Source: Eledone cirrhosa
Taxonomy: Eukaryota
Direction of reading: 5' to 3'
DNA: 64,000 nt
NCBI GenBank assembly: GCA_964016885.1
Contig: OZ024740.1
Coordinates: forward strand, 101,990,001 to 102,054,000
Part shown: in pieces, positions 41,773 through 54,480 of the stretch
Position numbering within the stretch: the stretch's first letter is position 1
Layout of the letters: every line of letters starts with the position of its first letter
Notes under the pieces: model-generated
The model's database searches: none
Told to the model about the DNA's origin: nothing
The model's input: only the letters and a program-made list of their open reading frames with translations
Position numbers and translations under genes: made by a program

Positions 41773-42465
41773 CTGTGAGTTTGAATCCCTAAAACTCGAG
41801 AAATACCCAACCGACTTTTTTCAAACTTTACACGTGTATTACTTATGTTTCAGGGAGTGTTATGCACATAAAAAAATTCAACTTTTTGATCTCCTAGGAT
41901 GCGTTTATTCAGGTTTTTAGCGGTTTTTTGAGGCGTTACGTCTGACCGATTTCCTTGAAATTGTAACTATATATTAGTCAGTCTCTTATTCATACCGTGA
42001 GCAAAGAAAATCCAACTTTTTTATGGCCTAGGGCCCGCATTAGGTGAAAAACTTCATTTTTTTCAGCTTTTTAGGGCTTTTTTGAGACGTTACGTCGCCG
42101 ATTTTCGCCGATTTTCGCCGATTTTCCCGAATGCACATAAAAAAAATTATTTTCTTGATCCCCTAGGGCCCGCATTAGGTGAAAACCTGCATTTTTCCTG
42201 CTTCATCGACGAAAATCTTAAAGATTATCCAGCCATCACACTATTCGGTTTATTTTCTTTACATATTGTCCAGGCATGCAGTTTTTCCATGATTAGGTCT
42301 GTTGGCGGCCCGCGTTCCAAAAAACTTATCCCGTGCAACGCCGGGTACCACCGCTAGTAATATTATAAAATTAAATCAAATTGTTTAGAACTACAAGTGA
42401 AGTCATTCTTTTCCCTTTTTTTCAAATATTCCTAACTGTACCAAGGCTCTCACAAATTTTCCAAT
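41371..42465. mobile_element. Foldback element whose right arm is split by a Helitron
   Basis: Left arm 41371-41464; right arm 41689-41713 plus 42358-42429. Confidence 0.85.
41714..42357 (+). mobile_element. Non-autonomous Helitron
   Basis: A|TCTATATAC start, internal (GT)n, 3' hairpin CCCGTGCAACGCCGGG, CTAG|T end, no TSD. Confidence 0.9.
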
Positions 42466-42466
42466 A

Positions 42467-42655
42467 AAGCACCCAGTACTCACTGTAAATGAGGTTGGTG
42501 ATAGGAAGGGCATCCAGCTGTAGAAATCAAGCCAAAATCAGTTCCATATGAGCAAGGCATGGTCACCTGACCTGGCATTGCCCACAACAGGACAACCCGT
42601 CTAACCCTTGCTAGCGTGGAAGAATGACATAAAATGTTGATGATGATGATGATGA

Positions 42656-42658
<3 letters not shown>
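42467..42658 (+). mobile_element. RTE 3'-end fragment
   Basis: 3' UTR match with (GAT)n tail. Similar pieces at 20302-20432, 40197-40380 and 52731-52870. Confidence 0.85.
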
Positions 42659-42702
<44 letters not shown>

Positions 42703-43497
42703 GATACACACACACACACATTTATATATTCGTGATGATTTTAATTGAAATAGTCCTAGTCCTGTAGAAATCATTTCTGAATGATATATTATATTTTTAA
42801 TTGTTTTCACCCTTTCTGTTAAAGTGAAGATAGTTGTGTAAGAGTAATCATCATACATTTTTCCATAAAGAGGTAAATGTATTGATTGAATAAAATGTTT
42901 TACTACATTTGCCTCAAGAATCTCTACTGTTGCTGCTGCAGTAGTTGCAAGAGCTCTGTCTACTAAGTCTTCATGGCTGTTAAAGTGTAAAGTTTCAGCC
43001 TTAGGTTCTGCAGACAGATCTTGAACTCAAAATCAGCATTTACAGCTGCCAACTAAATCTAATGCTCTACTGTAAAACAAAGATATTGTTGTATTATTTT
43101 TTGTCCATGCCAAATAAATTTTTCATAAATTAAAAAAGATAATGATCTCAATCCCCACCACTAGCTCCATCATCACTACCACCATCACCATTACACTACT
43201 GCCACCACTACCACCCTGCACTCCTCCATTCCCCCGTAAAAATCAAGAAATCACAATAGTGATTAGTAACTGGCAAAGCAGCCATAACACCCAGCCAACT
43301 ATCACCACACCATTTATTTTAAGGAACCATTGAAGGCATGTCTACCCAGCCATTTGACGTGCTAAAACTAGAAGCCAAATCTGCATCAAATTACACCATA
43401 CCATCTTTTTTAAAAAATGATAAAAAAATTAGACATTACATACTGTAATTATAGATAGGAAACACACACTCGTGCATGTATATATATATATATATAT

Positions 43498-44030
43498 GTC
43501 GGGTCACTCTTGAGTGCTACTGGTAACATGTAATCCAGTACAACCTGTCGCATGGTCGGGTCGTCGGTGACTAAACCGGCAACCCCACCAAGTTTACTTG
43601 GTGAGGAGGGTGATTTTGGACACCATGCAGGACAAAAAACAAAACCTAACAAAGGGCAGAAGAACTCATAAGAGTCAATGGCCATCCAAAAGTGTGTAAA
43701 TATGTCTTAATATATACACATGTTCCGCACAGTTAAACCACTGGGATTGAAGGACCCCTAGCATTTGTCAGGGCATTCTTCTAGGAGAAGGCAACTCAGG
43801 AAACTGGGATAACCCCGATATAAAACCTGCGGCTCAGTAGTTACCGATGATGTTGATCTTTTCTTCTTTTCAGGTTATAGCTACTGTCGCTCAAAGAGTG
43901 GGATTGGCTCAGTTTAGTCTTTCCTCACTTTAAAAAATATCTTCACGCACAAGCATTGCACAATAGAATTAATTAATAATTATTAATAATGGTATATCAT
44001 GCAATGGCCATACTCGATAACGAGGGGGCA

Positions 44031-44037
<7 letters not shown>
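43498..44037 (+). mobile_element. Non-coding dispersed repeat, homologous to 11482-12092
   Basis: Colinear similarity; flanked by (TA)n on both sides. Confidence 0.8.
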
Positions 44038-44062
<25 letters not shown>

Positions 44063-44229
44063 GGGCAGGTTAGTATAATTAGTCTAGCACATTTATTCAG
44101 ACAATAAGAGGAGTTGGTTCAATTCCTATCCATGCTGATACCCATTTTTTCTATATATACATATGTATGCAAAATGTAAACAGAAAACAACACAGCAAAA
44201 CGATACAGTAAAATGAAGATTTATATTAG

Positions 44230-46130
44230 TTTAATGCTTGATATAGTTGGAAAATAGTTGTAACTTCTTGGACATTAGTCCATCGTCAGAAGATGGAATG
44301 AAAAATAAAAGAAGGAATAGAAAGATAGAGAAGAGGACAGTTACAGTAGAGAACTCTATACAAATTACATTAAAGAAAGAAAATAACTATAAACATTTGA
44401 AGATGTTCGTAATATTTATTTTATATGTACATGCAAATTTACAGTATACAATGAAAAGAAATGTATTCATAGAAATAAATAATAGTTTTTTAGAGGTTTT
44501 TTAAGAGGCAAGTTAGCAGAAATAGTCATGGTTACCTCATCAGTTTTTGTACTAACTAATTTTGTTATGAGTAGCTTTTTAAATTTTCACTTTAATTTGT
44601 TTTAATATTGAATATATTTTACATGCATTTTTGAGTATCACTTATGTCCTTTCTGAGACAAAGAATTGAACTGTTTATATCCCGTTATCATTACAAAGGA
44701 TTCATTCCTAGTTTCCATATAAATGAAATTAAGCGTTGTGTGTGAACTAGCATACAGCAAGTTTAGTTTTTATTTGCATTTAGTTATGAAGTGTATTTCC
44801 TTATTAATATATTGTTGTTCCATTGTCAAATTGCTACATTGATGGAATGGAATGGAAAACATCAAAACTTAACAAGATTCATTGTCTGCAATTCTGTATA
44901 TGTTGGTTTAGGGAGAGTTTTCTGGTGTATGCTCCCCTAATTTGTTGATTCTTTGTTGAAATAACAGACTTGTTTGACAAATGTGGAAGTCTCCCATTGA
45001 CTTTGAGCTTATTGTGCTGATTTGCATAGTTTAACTGAATATCATGTTGGTATGGGTGTGTTTTGGATGAAATGATGTTAAAAGGAAGTATCTACATCAG
45101 TTTCTAATTTTGTGGTTTTTTTTGTTATTAACATATCTAAGGACATTTTTTGTTATTGAACTTCATAGTGAATTAGCTGTTAGGGTTTATATTATTGATG
45201 AGATTTTCAAAATCGTTAAGTTCATCAAGATTTTCCCTCCTAAAAATAAAGTAATCGTCCAGGAATTTTTTCAGTTTTTTTTTATATAACAGCCAAATTT
45301 TTCCCCATAAATTTGTGAACATTTTTCATAGATTTTTAATTCATGTTATCCCAAGACTAAGTTGGCATATTTTGGTGCAACTTCTCATGGTTGTGCATCA
45401 TTTTTGTTGGTTGGCTGCTTCATCGAATGTCAAACAATTGTTTTTTAAAATAAACTGAAGTCCATCTATAATGAATTCTACATTTAGCCAGTATTTAATA
45501 GCCACGGCTCTGTAATCATGTGAAATGTTGATATATAGCTTCACTACATCCAACAAAACAATGTAAGTGTTTTTGTTTACCTTATTTAGTAGATGATTGA
45601 GCATATCTAGACCATCTCATATGAAGTTCCAAATGTATTTATAAAGATGCTTCAGTTAAATGCCTAGGTAGTTACTTAGGCAATGTGTCATGAAAATCAG
45701 GCTTGCTATAATGAGTCTTAATATTAAATCAGTTGGTGAGGGCATATTCATACAATTGGTTTTCCCATTGTTTGCATATCTCATTAATTGGTTTGTTTTT
45801 TTGTGTATTTTAGGGAATTCATATATGTTAATTGTGTTACATTTGAAATTAGTGAGGGACTCTAATTCTTTATCATTTTGATATAGGTTGTTTCCCTATT
45901 TTATGAAGTTTTCAATCTTTGGTTTCTTCATAATATGTATTGTTCCATAGAATACTTTATACAATGTTTGTGTAGTATTTTATTCTCATAACAACAAAAG
46001 CTCTTTTGTCAGCTGCTTTTGTAACAATATATATGTCTGTTGTTTTGGTTTTTTTGTTCTATTTTTAAAAATCTATATTCTATTTTGTATGAACTCATTT
46101 CTTTTTGATATGTATTGTAAATTGGCATGT
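44230..46130 (-). pseudogene. Decayed Penelope-like element RT (boundaries approximate)
   Basis: IVLLDVVKLYINISHD..AIKYWL..ILKNNCLTFD (45398-45604), VAPKYANLVLG (~45350-45383), KFLDDYFIF..LINNINPNS*FTM (45165-45270). The order and wording fit PLE-type RT motifs. Confidence 0.75.
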
Positions 46131-46217
46131 ATATATATAAAGCATTAGGTACATCTTCTAATCTTTATTATTATTTTCCCTATAAATCTCTGTCTCTCTC
46201 TATTTATATATAAATAA

Positions 46218-46329
<112 letters not shown>

Positions 46330-46868
46330 GCTCTCAGTACACTCTGTAAAGGAATGGCATCAAGTCATAGAAAACCTTCCAAACAAAGGGTTGAGAGGCC
46401 TATTAAGCACAGTCAAAAGTATGACAACCTCTCTAGTGCTGGCACACTAGCTAGAATGCAAGAACAGATGTGAGATGTGAGCCTCTGGACCAAGATAAAA
46501 TTCACCCAGGGCACTTAGTAGACTGTTGGAACATATATAAAGAGATGCAAGCAATCAAATCATTCCATGATGTTGTCGTTCTTTTTTCTTTTATATCAGA
46601 TATAAAAAGAAACAATAAAAGTAACAATTCCTAAGTTGATAACTATACTTAGATATTACTAATAAGGAAATAGTAATTAATAGTAACCATACACAGCAAC
46701 ACATTTATTTAATTATTACAGTTAACTTACTGGTTGACTGATGTGTCAGAGTATAAAGAAACTACTAAAACAAGTGACCAAATAAGATTTGGATGTTATT
46801 GATCATAGTGCCTACCAGTTTGACAAAGACACATTCATACATTGCTGAATCCCAGCTGCCATAAATAT

Positions 46869-47050
46869 ATAATTGTTTCTACTTTCGGCACAAGGCCAGC
46901 AATTACCCAGTGCATTACTGGTACTTTATTTTATCGACCCCGTAAGGATGAAAGGCAAAGTGAACCTCGGCGGGATTTGAACTCAGATCGTAAAGGGACG
47001 TAACTATGCTGGAAAGCATGGCGTCCAACCCTCTACTGATACTGCCAATC
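46869..47050 (-). mobile_element. SINE family 1
   Basis: Consensus match. Confidence 0.9.
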
Positions 47051-48307
47051 CAATAATGTTGGGTGAAGTTAGTGTGAATAATGTTAGGTTCCTTTTGTTG
47101 TCATTGTTGCTTAATCTCATGTTAGCCCTGATTATGAAGTTCTATGATCAATGGCTTTCTAGCATGACCATCTTTTTTTTTAAACATGGTTTATTTAAGA
47201 CAACACTAACCAATATGTCCATCCTTTTAGTTTAAAACTAAATAATTGAGTGATATATTGGCTATAGTTGATGTAGTTGTTTAGCCCCGAATTATCCATG
47301 ATCATACAAACATATGATCCGAAGCATTACAGCTGTATCCATTTTTCTGTGTAGAGAATCCATGACCTCATTATTCTTTGTGTTCTTTTCCATGATGGTG
47401 GGCATGGTTTGAAGAAGATTTGGCAGCTGTTTCTAGCAGATTGAACAACCATATAGAGATTGTTGACCTGAAATTTGACTGTTATTTCTAGCAGCTAATG
47501 TAACTGCTTAGTGGATCTCATAAGACTCCTGATTAAAGTGGAAATGCTTGAAGGACATTGAAACAATTACCTACAATGGAAACGTTTATCTATTGTTAAC
47601 TATTATATGCAAGCTAAACTCCATAGTTTGATGTTTTTGTTTAGCCTCAGAAAAGCACTTATTGAACAGATGTCTGATTAATGGTGTTCTATTTCATGTG
47701 TATCTGAGATTTGGCTGCTATTTTTAATAGGTAGTGTGACCACTTTGAGGGTCCCTTTAGTTTAGTGTTTTAAAAGAAACATTTGAATATAAAAGGGTTT
47801 CTAAACTGGTATTATTTTAGAGTAAAGGTCCTCAACGGGAGCATATGCACCCCCGGGGGGCGTTTCGGAACTCCAGGGGGGCGTTTGGGAGCAAGGGGGC
47901 GTTAGGGGGGGGGGGGGGGGCGTTTGAAGCTTAGGGGGGCACTGGAAGGTTCTTTACTTTGGTAAGTTTTATAAGCCTTATTTGTATGTCTTTTAGACAG
48001 CCAGTGTGATGCATTTGAATGAGCATGCAGATAGCATAACTATGGTCTGACCGCAGCTGTGAGCAGGTGTGCAGGTGTGTCTAGACATTAACCGGCAATT
48101 GACATCCTAACAATGGAAAAACCCACAGTCAACTGGGTCAAGGACACTTCGAGCGCAGCCAGTTAGAATCTTGTCTTTCCTTCATCGATAACAATGTATT
48201 TCATGTCTGGAATTATTGACTCAACCGTAACGAGTTAACACTCTGTAGATCTATTTTATTCCCAATTGGATAAATAATATTACAAATAAAAAAAGAAGAA
48301 AAAAAAC

Positions 48308-48512
48308 ACACAAGCAGGTAATACACACATTTAGGACCACATACAACACATAAGGAGGTAATACAAACATCTAGGACCACATACAACACACAAGCAGGTA
48401 ATACATACAGCTGGGACCACATGCAATACTTAAGCAGGTAATACAAACATCTAGGACTACATACAACACACAGGCAGGTAATACATACATCTAGGACCAA
48501 ATACAACACACA
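48308..48512. repeat. ~40-bp tandem repeat (5 units) inside the hAT element
   Basis: GCAGGTAATACANACATCTAGGACCACATACAACACA units. Confidence 0.85.
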
Positions 48513-48539
48513 TTGTATCATGTGCTACAAACGACGCAA

Positions 48540-49574
48540 GACCAATGGTTGGCCAACATAAGGGTTTCGTCACTCTTCTGAAGAGAGAAAATCTATCTGT
48601 ATTTGTTGTTCATTGTGTCATTCATCGACAACACTTGGCTGCGAAGAAACTCAGCAAACCGCTGAGCAAGTCCTAGCAGGTGGCCATTGATGTCATCAAT
48701 TTTATCAAACGGCATTCCCTCAATGAACGAATTTTCCGGCAATTGTGCCAAGATAATGATGAAGAATTCGTCAAGTTGCTCCTTCATAATGAAGTGAGGT
48801 GGCTTTCAAAGGGAAAGTGCCTTACTCACTTCTTTGAACTGTTCGACTCTATCATTGAGTTTCTGCGAGGACGCAACACAGAACTGTACAAGAAAACCCT
48901 AGATGTGAGGCAAAACTGCGCCTACCTCACCGACATCTTCGACAAATGCAATAGCGTCATTTTGGCATGCAGGAGAAGAAGATCACCTTGCTTAAAGCAA
49001 GGAATGCTGGGAAAACATTCCTGGCCAAATTGAATGTCATCAAAAGGAATCTTTGTTGCCGGGAATTCTATAATTTTCCTAGTGTCACCAATGTTCAAAA
49101 CATTGTAAGTGATGACCAACTCCAAATTTATACTGCTCACCTCCGTGCGCTACAAGACAACATGAGAAAACGGTTTGTCGACCTTTTGCCGATGGACATC
49201 CCAATGTGGGTAGCAGATCCCTTCATAGCAAACGTCGATGATTTGGACGTTATATTTCAGGAAGAATTCATTGAACTTTAAGCAGATGACATGATCAAAA
49301 TTAGATTTCCCAAAATAGGTGAACCCCTTTTTTGGATGCAAGAGGAAATTCAGCATCGATTTCCACACTACATGCAGAGGCTAAGAGATTTGCTCTGCCT
49401 TTTCCAAGTTCATACTTAGTCAAGAGGAGGTTTGGTGCTGTTTCCAGACTGCACAGTAAGGCTCGCAACCGCTACAATGTAATTACATGTGGAGATCTCC
49501 GGCTACATCTTACGAAAATCCAGCCTGACATCAAAGAGTTAGCTAGACTCCATAAAGTTCAAGGGTCCCATTGA
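48540..49574 (+). pseudogene. hAT transposase C-terminal half, frameshifted
   Basis: VHCVIHRQHLAAK, LLLHNEVRWLSKGKCL and LPFPSSYLV motifs. Confidence 0.9.
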
Positions 49575-51704
49575 AATGAGGTCAAAGTTAAAGTAAGTTG
49601 ATTTATCTGAAAACTAAGATATGCTATTGTTACAAAGCAAACTAACAATTTTTTTTATTTGTAGTTGCAGTCTGACTGGACTGGAAACCATCTACTACAA
49701 TTCACTTACTCATTTGTTGTATATATTTTACCATTTACTAATAAATATACCCTCCCGCGTGGTCATGAAAACCCTCTTCCGTGGTCTCTAAGCTCACAAA
49801 GCAGAGGGGACATCAAGTTAGATATCAACATTTATTCTGTCCGTTTCATTAAATGGAAAATTGGAAAGCTTTGAAATGATATAATTGCCACTTTCTTCCA
49901 GATAAGAGCACTCTTTGGATAGAGTTGCTCTTGTATAAATGTTCAAAATAGCTGGTATCGCCTGGTGGGAATATAACAAATTCAACTGGTCCTTATTCAT
50001 AAAAAAGAACATTTATGTTCCTTTTATTGAAATTTATATATTTCCTTTCAAGGAATGTATTTATACTCTCAGCTGCCTGCAATGGTATCTTTGGAATATT
50101 GTTAATCAATATTTTAGTAATCTACTAATATCAAAATCAGTAGTATATTAAACAATGGAAAAATAGGGTATGGGGCGTTTCGTGATTTCAAGGGACAAAA
50201 GGGGGCTTTGGCCTAAATGGGTTGAGAACCTGTGTTTTAGAGAGAAAGAATTATATTGTCTCTTAACCCATGGTGGCTGTTAGATTTACTGCTTGCAAGT
50301 TCATATCAAGAACATTTAAAATAAGTAGTGTTGTTTCTTTATATCCCACATAAGCAATACATCCTTCAATGTAGCAGCTCCATAAGATTGTGTAGTATAT
50401 GCCATACATATAAAGTCAAAATTGACATTAAGGACTCCCATCTGTAGAAAAACCTAACCCTTTTGACACCAAAGCACCTGAACCTGCCACTAAGTTCTAT
50501 GATACAAAACTGTTTATTTTAAAGTGTTTCTATTTATCTAAAGACTTTCCATCATAATTTTATACAAGAACATTTTTAACGTGTTCCAAACATCAGCTTA
50601 ATAATGAAAATTTAGTTATATTAATAAACCCATTCAAATTCTTGATAATTTTCAAAATTATTTGAAAATCATAGGCATTGTCTTTCATTAGAATTATAGT
50701 AATGAAAGAGTATAAAAGTTCTGTGAAACCCATGCAAGCATTGAGAAGTGGACATAAAAATAATGATAATAATGAAGATGACAAAATGATGATAATATTG
50801 GTGATGACCCTAATCATCACCATCACCAACATCACTCCTATGTTGCCAAATGTGTTTTCAGCTGAGTGAAGAAGAGCAATATGAAATGAAACGTTTTACT
50901 CAAAGAAACTTCACATCTCCCTTTCCAACAAATAGACCCATGACATAACATCCATAAGTCAATGGCCTAACCAAAAACTTGTCTGCCACCTTAACATAAT
51001 TCTCATGGGTACTTCAGTGTGTCACAGAATGTAACAAGGCTGTTTCTTTGAATTACCGATACAATCCATCTGATTGACTTCCAAACGTTTCTGTCTACCT
51101 AATTTCACTCACATGATTTGCCTCAACCTATAGCTTTGGTAAATAACACTTACCCAAGTTACCATATAGTGGGATCAAACCTGAAATATTATGATTGTAA
51201 AGTGAACTTTCTTAACTATACAGGTTATGCTACATATTCACCCCACATTAATACACAAACAATAAAAATTCTAATATATATCTTGATTCCACCCATCTTT
51301 TTCCACCTCACCAACACAAGCATTTTGGAACAATGGAATTCACATTAATGAGTATGATTCACTATAAATACATAATGGAAAGTTATGAAATTCATTACCA
51401 CAGCAGGAAATTAAAGATATGAAAATAATGTTTTGACATGTATAAAGTTAGCAGGAGTGATATCTTGAAAGTCAGTGTCTCTGTCTGACTGTCTGTCTGT
51501 GTGTGTGTGTGTTTAACCTGGTTCTGGATGTCAGACTAGAACATCATGGAATGGTATAGATAAGACTGACTGACTAACTGGCTGACCTAAGACAGCTGGA
51601 AACTGTCAGAAGAAATACTGCAAAACAAGATAACAGGGGTGAAGCTGAACAAGTGGAACCATGTAATCTAGTTTAGTATAGAGAACATAGCATCAAATAG
51701 TGTT

Positions 51705-52650
51705 AGGACATCAGTGCCATGTGTATAGTGGTTGTCGTCAGTGTGTGACATCAGTGCTATATCTATAGTGGTTGTTGTCACAGTGTGTGACATCAGTGTT
51801 ATGTGTATAGTGGCTGTTGTTACAAAGTGTGACATCAGTGATGTGTCTATAGTGACTGTTGCCACAAAGTGTGACACCAGTGTTATATCGATAGTGGTTG
51901 TTGTTGTCACAGTGTGTGACATCTGTGCTATACTTATAGTGGTTGTTGTTACAGAGTAACATCAGTGCTGTGTCTATAGTGGTTGTTGTTACAGTGTGTG
52001 ACATCAGTGTTGTGTCTATAGTGGTTGTTGTCACAGTGAGTGACATCAGTGTTGTTTCTATAGTGGTTGTCGTCACAGTGTGTAACATCAGTGCTGTGTC
52101 TATAGTGGTTGTTGTCACAGTGTTGTGTCTATAGTGGTTGTTGTCACAGTGTGTGACATCAGTGTTGTGTCTATAGTGGTTGTTGTCACAGTGAGTGACA
52201 TCAGTGTTGTGTCTATAGTGGTTGTTGTCACAGTGAGTGACATCAGTGTTGTTTCTATAGTGGTTGTTGTCACAGTGTGTGACATCAGTGTTGTATCTAT
52301 ATTGGTTGTTGTCACAGTGTGTGACACCAGTGTTGTGTCTATAGTGGTTGTTGTCACAGTGTGTGACATCAGTGCTGTGTCTATAGTGGTTGTTGTCACA
52401 GTGTGACATAGGTGCTGTGTCTATAGTGGTTGTTGTCACAGTGTGTGACATCAGTGATGTGCCTATAGTGGTTGTTGTCACAGTGTGTGACATCAGTGTT
52501 GTGTCTATAGTGGTTGTTGTCACATAGTGTGACATCAGTGTTGTGTCTATAGTAGTTGTTGTCACATAGTGTGACATCAGTATTGTGTGTATAGTGCTTT
52601 TTGTCACAGTGTGACATAGGTGCTGTGTGTATGATGGATGTGTCACAGAG
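51705..52650. repeat. 42-bp minisatellite (~22 units), each unit with a TGTCACA-gtg-TGTGACA hairpin
   Basis: GACATC recurs every 42 nt (e.g. 52155, 52197). Confidence 0.93.
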
Positions 52651-52989
52651 TATGTTGTCTATGTTGAAACATGTAAACCTTTGACAATTTCCCCAGGCCA
52701 TGTATACACACATATATATATATATATATTGGCATTAGGAAGGGCACCCAGCTGATGAAACCAAGCCCAAATCAGTTCTGTATGAGCAAGACATGGTCAC
52801 CTGACCTGGTATATCTCACAGTAGGACAACTCGTCTAACCCATGCTAGCAGGGAAAATGGACATTAAACAGTGAAACAGCAGGAGATCAGCCATTGGGGT
52901 CCTAGATCTTTCATATTACTCACTCTACTACCCCAAGTATCGAGTACTCAGGTGAATAATGGTCTAACTGGTTTTTACTGCATACATTT

Positions 52990-53041
<52 letters not shown>

Positions 53042-53454
53042 GAAAGGTATAGAAAGTATTGTAGCAAGAAGCCAACAGTATTCCATAATATATAAGTGAC
53101 TATAGCGTCAAAATGGGAAAATAGTTAACATAAGATGTGGGAAAAATAATTCAAACTCAATTCAAAAAGAATCAGGATATAGATTTATCCAACAGAATTT
53201 AGTGAAATCCATGAAAAAATCAATAGAGCCTTAACTCATGATAAAATAAAGTTTAAAATACTCATCCTTCAATTTGGGACAACTACAAATGCTCTGTATA
53301 GTCTTGAAAAGACTATTTCACGAAAACTTTCAGTGGAGATGGTCACGGTTGGAATTCGATCCTCAGCAGAGCTCAACACGATAGCCAAATTCTCACTGGT
53401 TAATATGCCAAAAAGGGAATTTAAAAGCAGACTAGTTTATATATATTTATGTTG

Positions 53455-53535
53455 TTTAATTGATTCTGAAGAGATCAATACAGCAAAAATGAATATTCCT
53501 GTTGTATTGATTGAAACGTTTGTAAATCAATTAAA
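53455..53535 (+). ncRNA. Type I hammerhead ribozyme, intact, GUA site
   Basis: TTTAATTGATT-CTGAAGA-GATCAATACAGCA/TGTTGTATTGATT (13-bp stem II)-GAAAC GTTT GTA^AATCAATTAAA. Stem I is a perfect 11 bp. It lies in a unique 550-bp block (53035-53580) between (TA)n tracts. Confidence 0.88.
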
Positions 53536-53604
53536 TAATTTAATGTAATTTAATCCTTGTTATTTTTATTCATTTATATATATATATATCTGTTTACCTT
53601 TTAC

Positions 53605-53670
<66 letters not shown>

Positions 53671-53732
53671 CTGTGAGATATTCTGTAAGTGCAGTTACTT
53701 ACAATAGGTTTATATATATATGTGTGTGTGTG

Positions 53733-53935
53733 TTATCCAAAAATGACTTCTACAGGACTAGAACTGTTTCATTCATATGAAATCATCAGGAATGTTCTGA
53801 TGATTTCATACAAATCAAACAGTTCTTATCCTGTAGAAGTGATTTGTGTATATAATAAAGATGACTATACTCTACCAACATATTGAATACCTTTTATAAC
53901 TGTTATTACTCCACCCCAACACCACTTGGAAACCT
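53733..53935. mobile_element. Family A-related foldback hammerhead element
   Basis: Arms ~53740-53789 and 53797-53846. The minus core is intact (stem I only 3 bp); the plus core has CAAAC. Tail TACTCT..GAATAC. Confidence 0.8.
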
Positions 53936-53956
53936 ATATATATATATATATATATA

Positions 53957-54480
53957 CTAGCTGAGGTACCTAGTAATACATGGGAGCAGGGGCATTCCCA
54001 GTTCCCATTAAAATGCCCCATTGCGTCTCAGACCAAAAATGAAATCAAAATATAGGACAGATAATAGAAAGCAAAGACAAATTCATTTACGAAACAATAA
54101 TACAAACAAATATTGTTGATTGCATTGGTCAGGCGAAAAAATGTTTGTCAAAGAAGTTGAGTGTTGCTATAAAGAAAAAAATAGAACCCCCATTAGGGTG
54201 TCGTAATATTATTGAAATTTGCTGAAATTTTGTGAATAGGCATTATATCTTGTCATTTACCTATGGTTTAAATTTCATATAAATCGAAGGGAAACAATTT
54301 TCAGTGGGGGTTTGAGGCCCTAGGGAACCCTTTGATTAAAATGAAATATACGTAAGAAATTAAATGGGCATGAACCCCACACACGTGTCAAGTTTCATCA
54401 AGATCGGTTTGGTAGCCTTTGAGTTTTAGGTTCACAAACAAATCCACAAACAGACAGGAATTGCCATTTTTGTATATAGA
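53957..54480 (-). mobile_element. Non-autonomous Helitron related to 41714-42357
   Basis: On the minus strand it starts TCTATATACAAAAA, shares CCTAAAACTC..AACCGA..AAACTT.ACACGTG, and ends CTAG|T. Confidence 0.85.

Larger units (their letters stand above)
47823..50234 (+). mobile_element. hAT DNA transposon (Buster/Charlie group), internally deleted
   Basis: Ends TAAAGGTCCTCAAC / GTTGAGAACCTGTG; 8-bp TSD TTTTAGAG at 47815-47822 and 50235-50242. Confidence 0.88.

Noticed and set aside
51705-52650. CRISPR array
   Set aside because: No unique spacers, no cas genes, eukaryotic context
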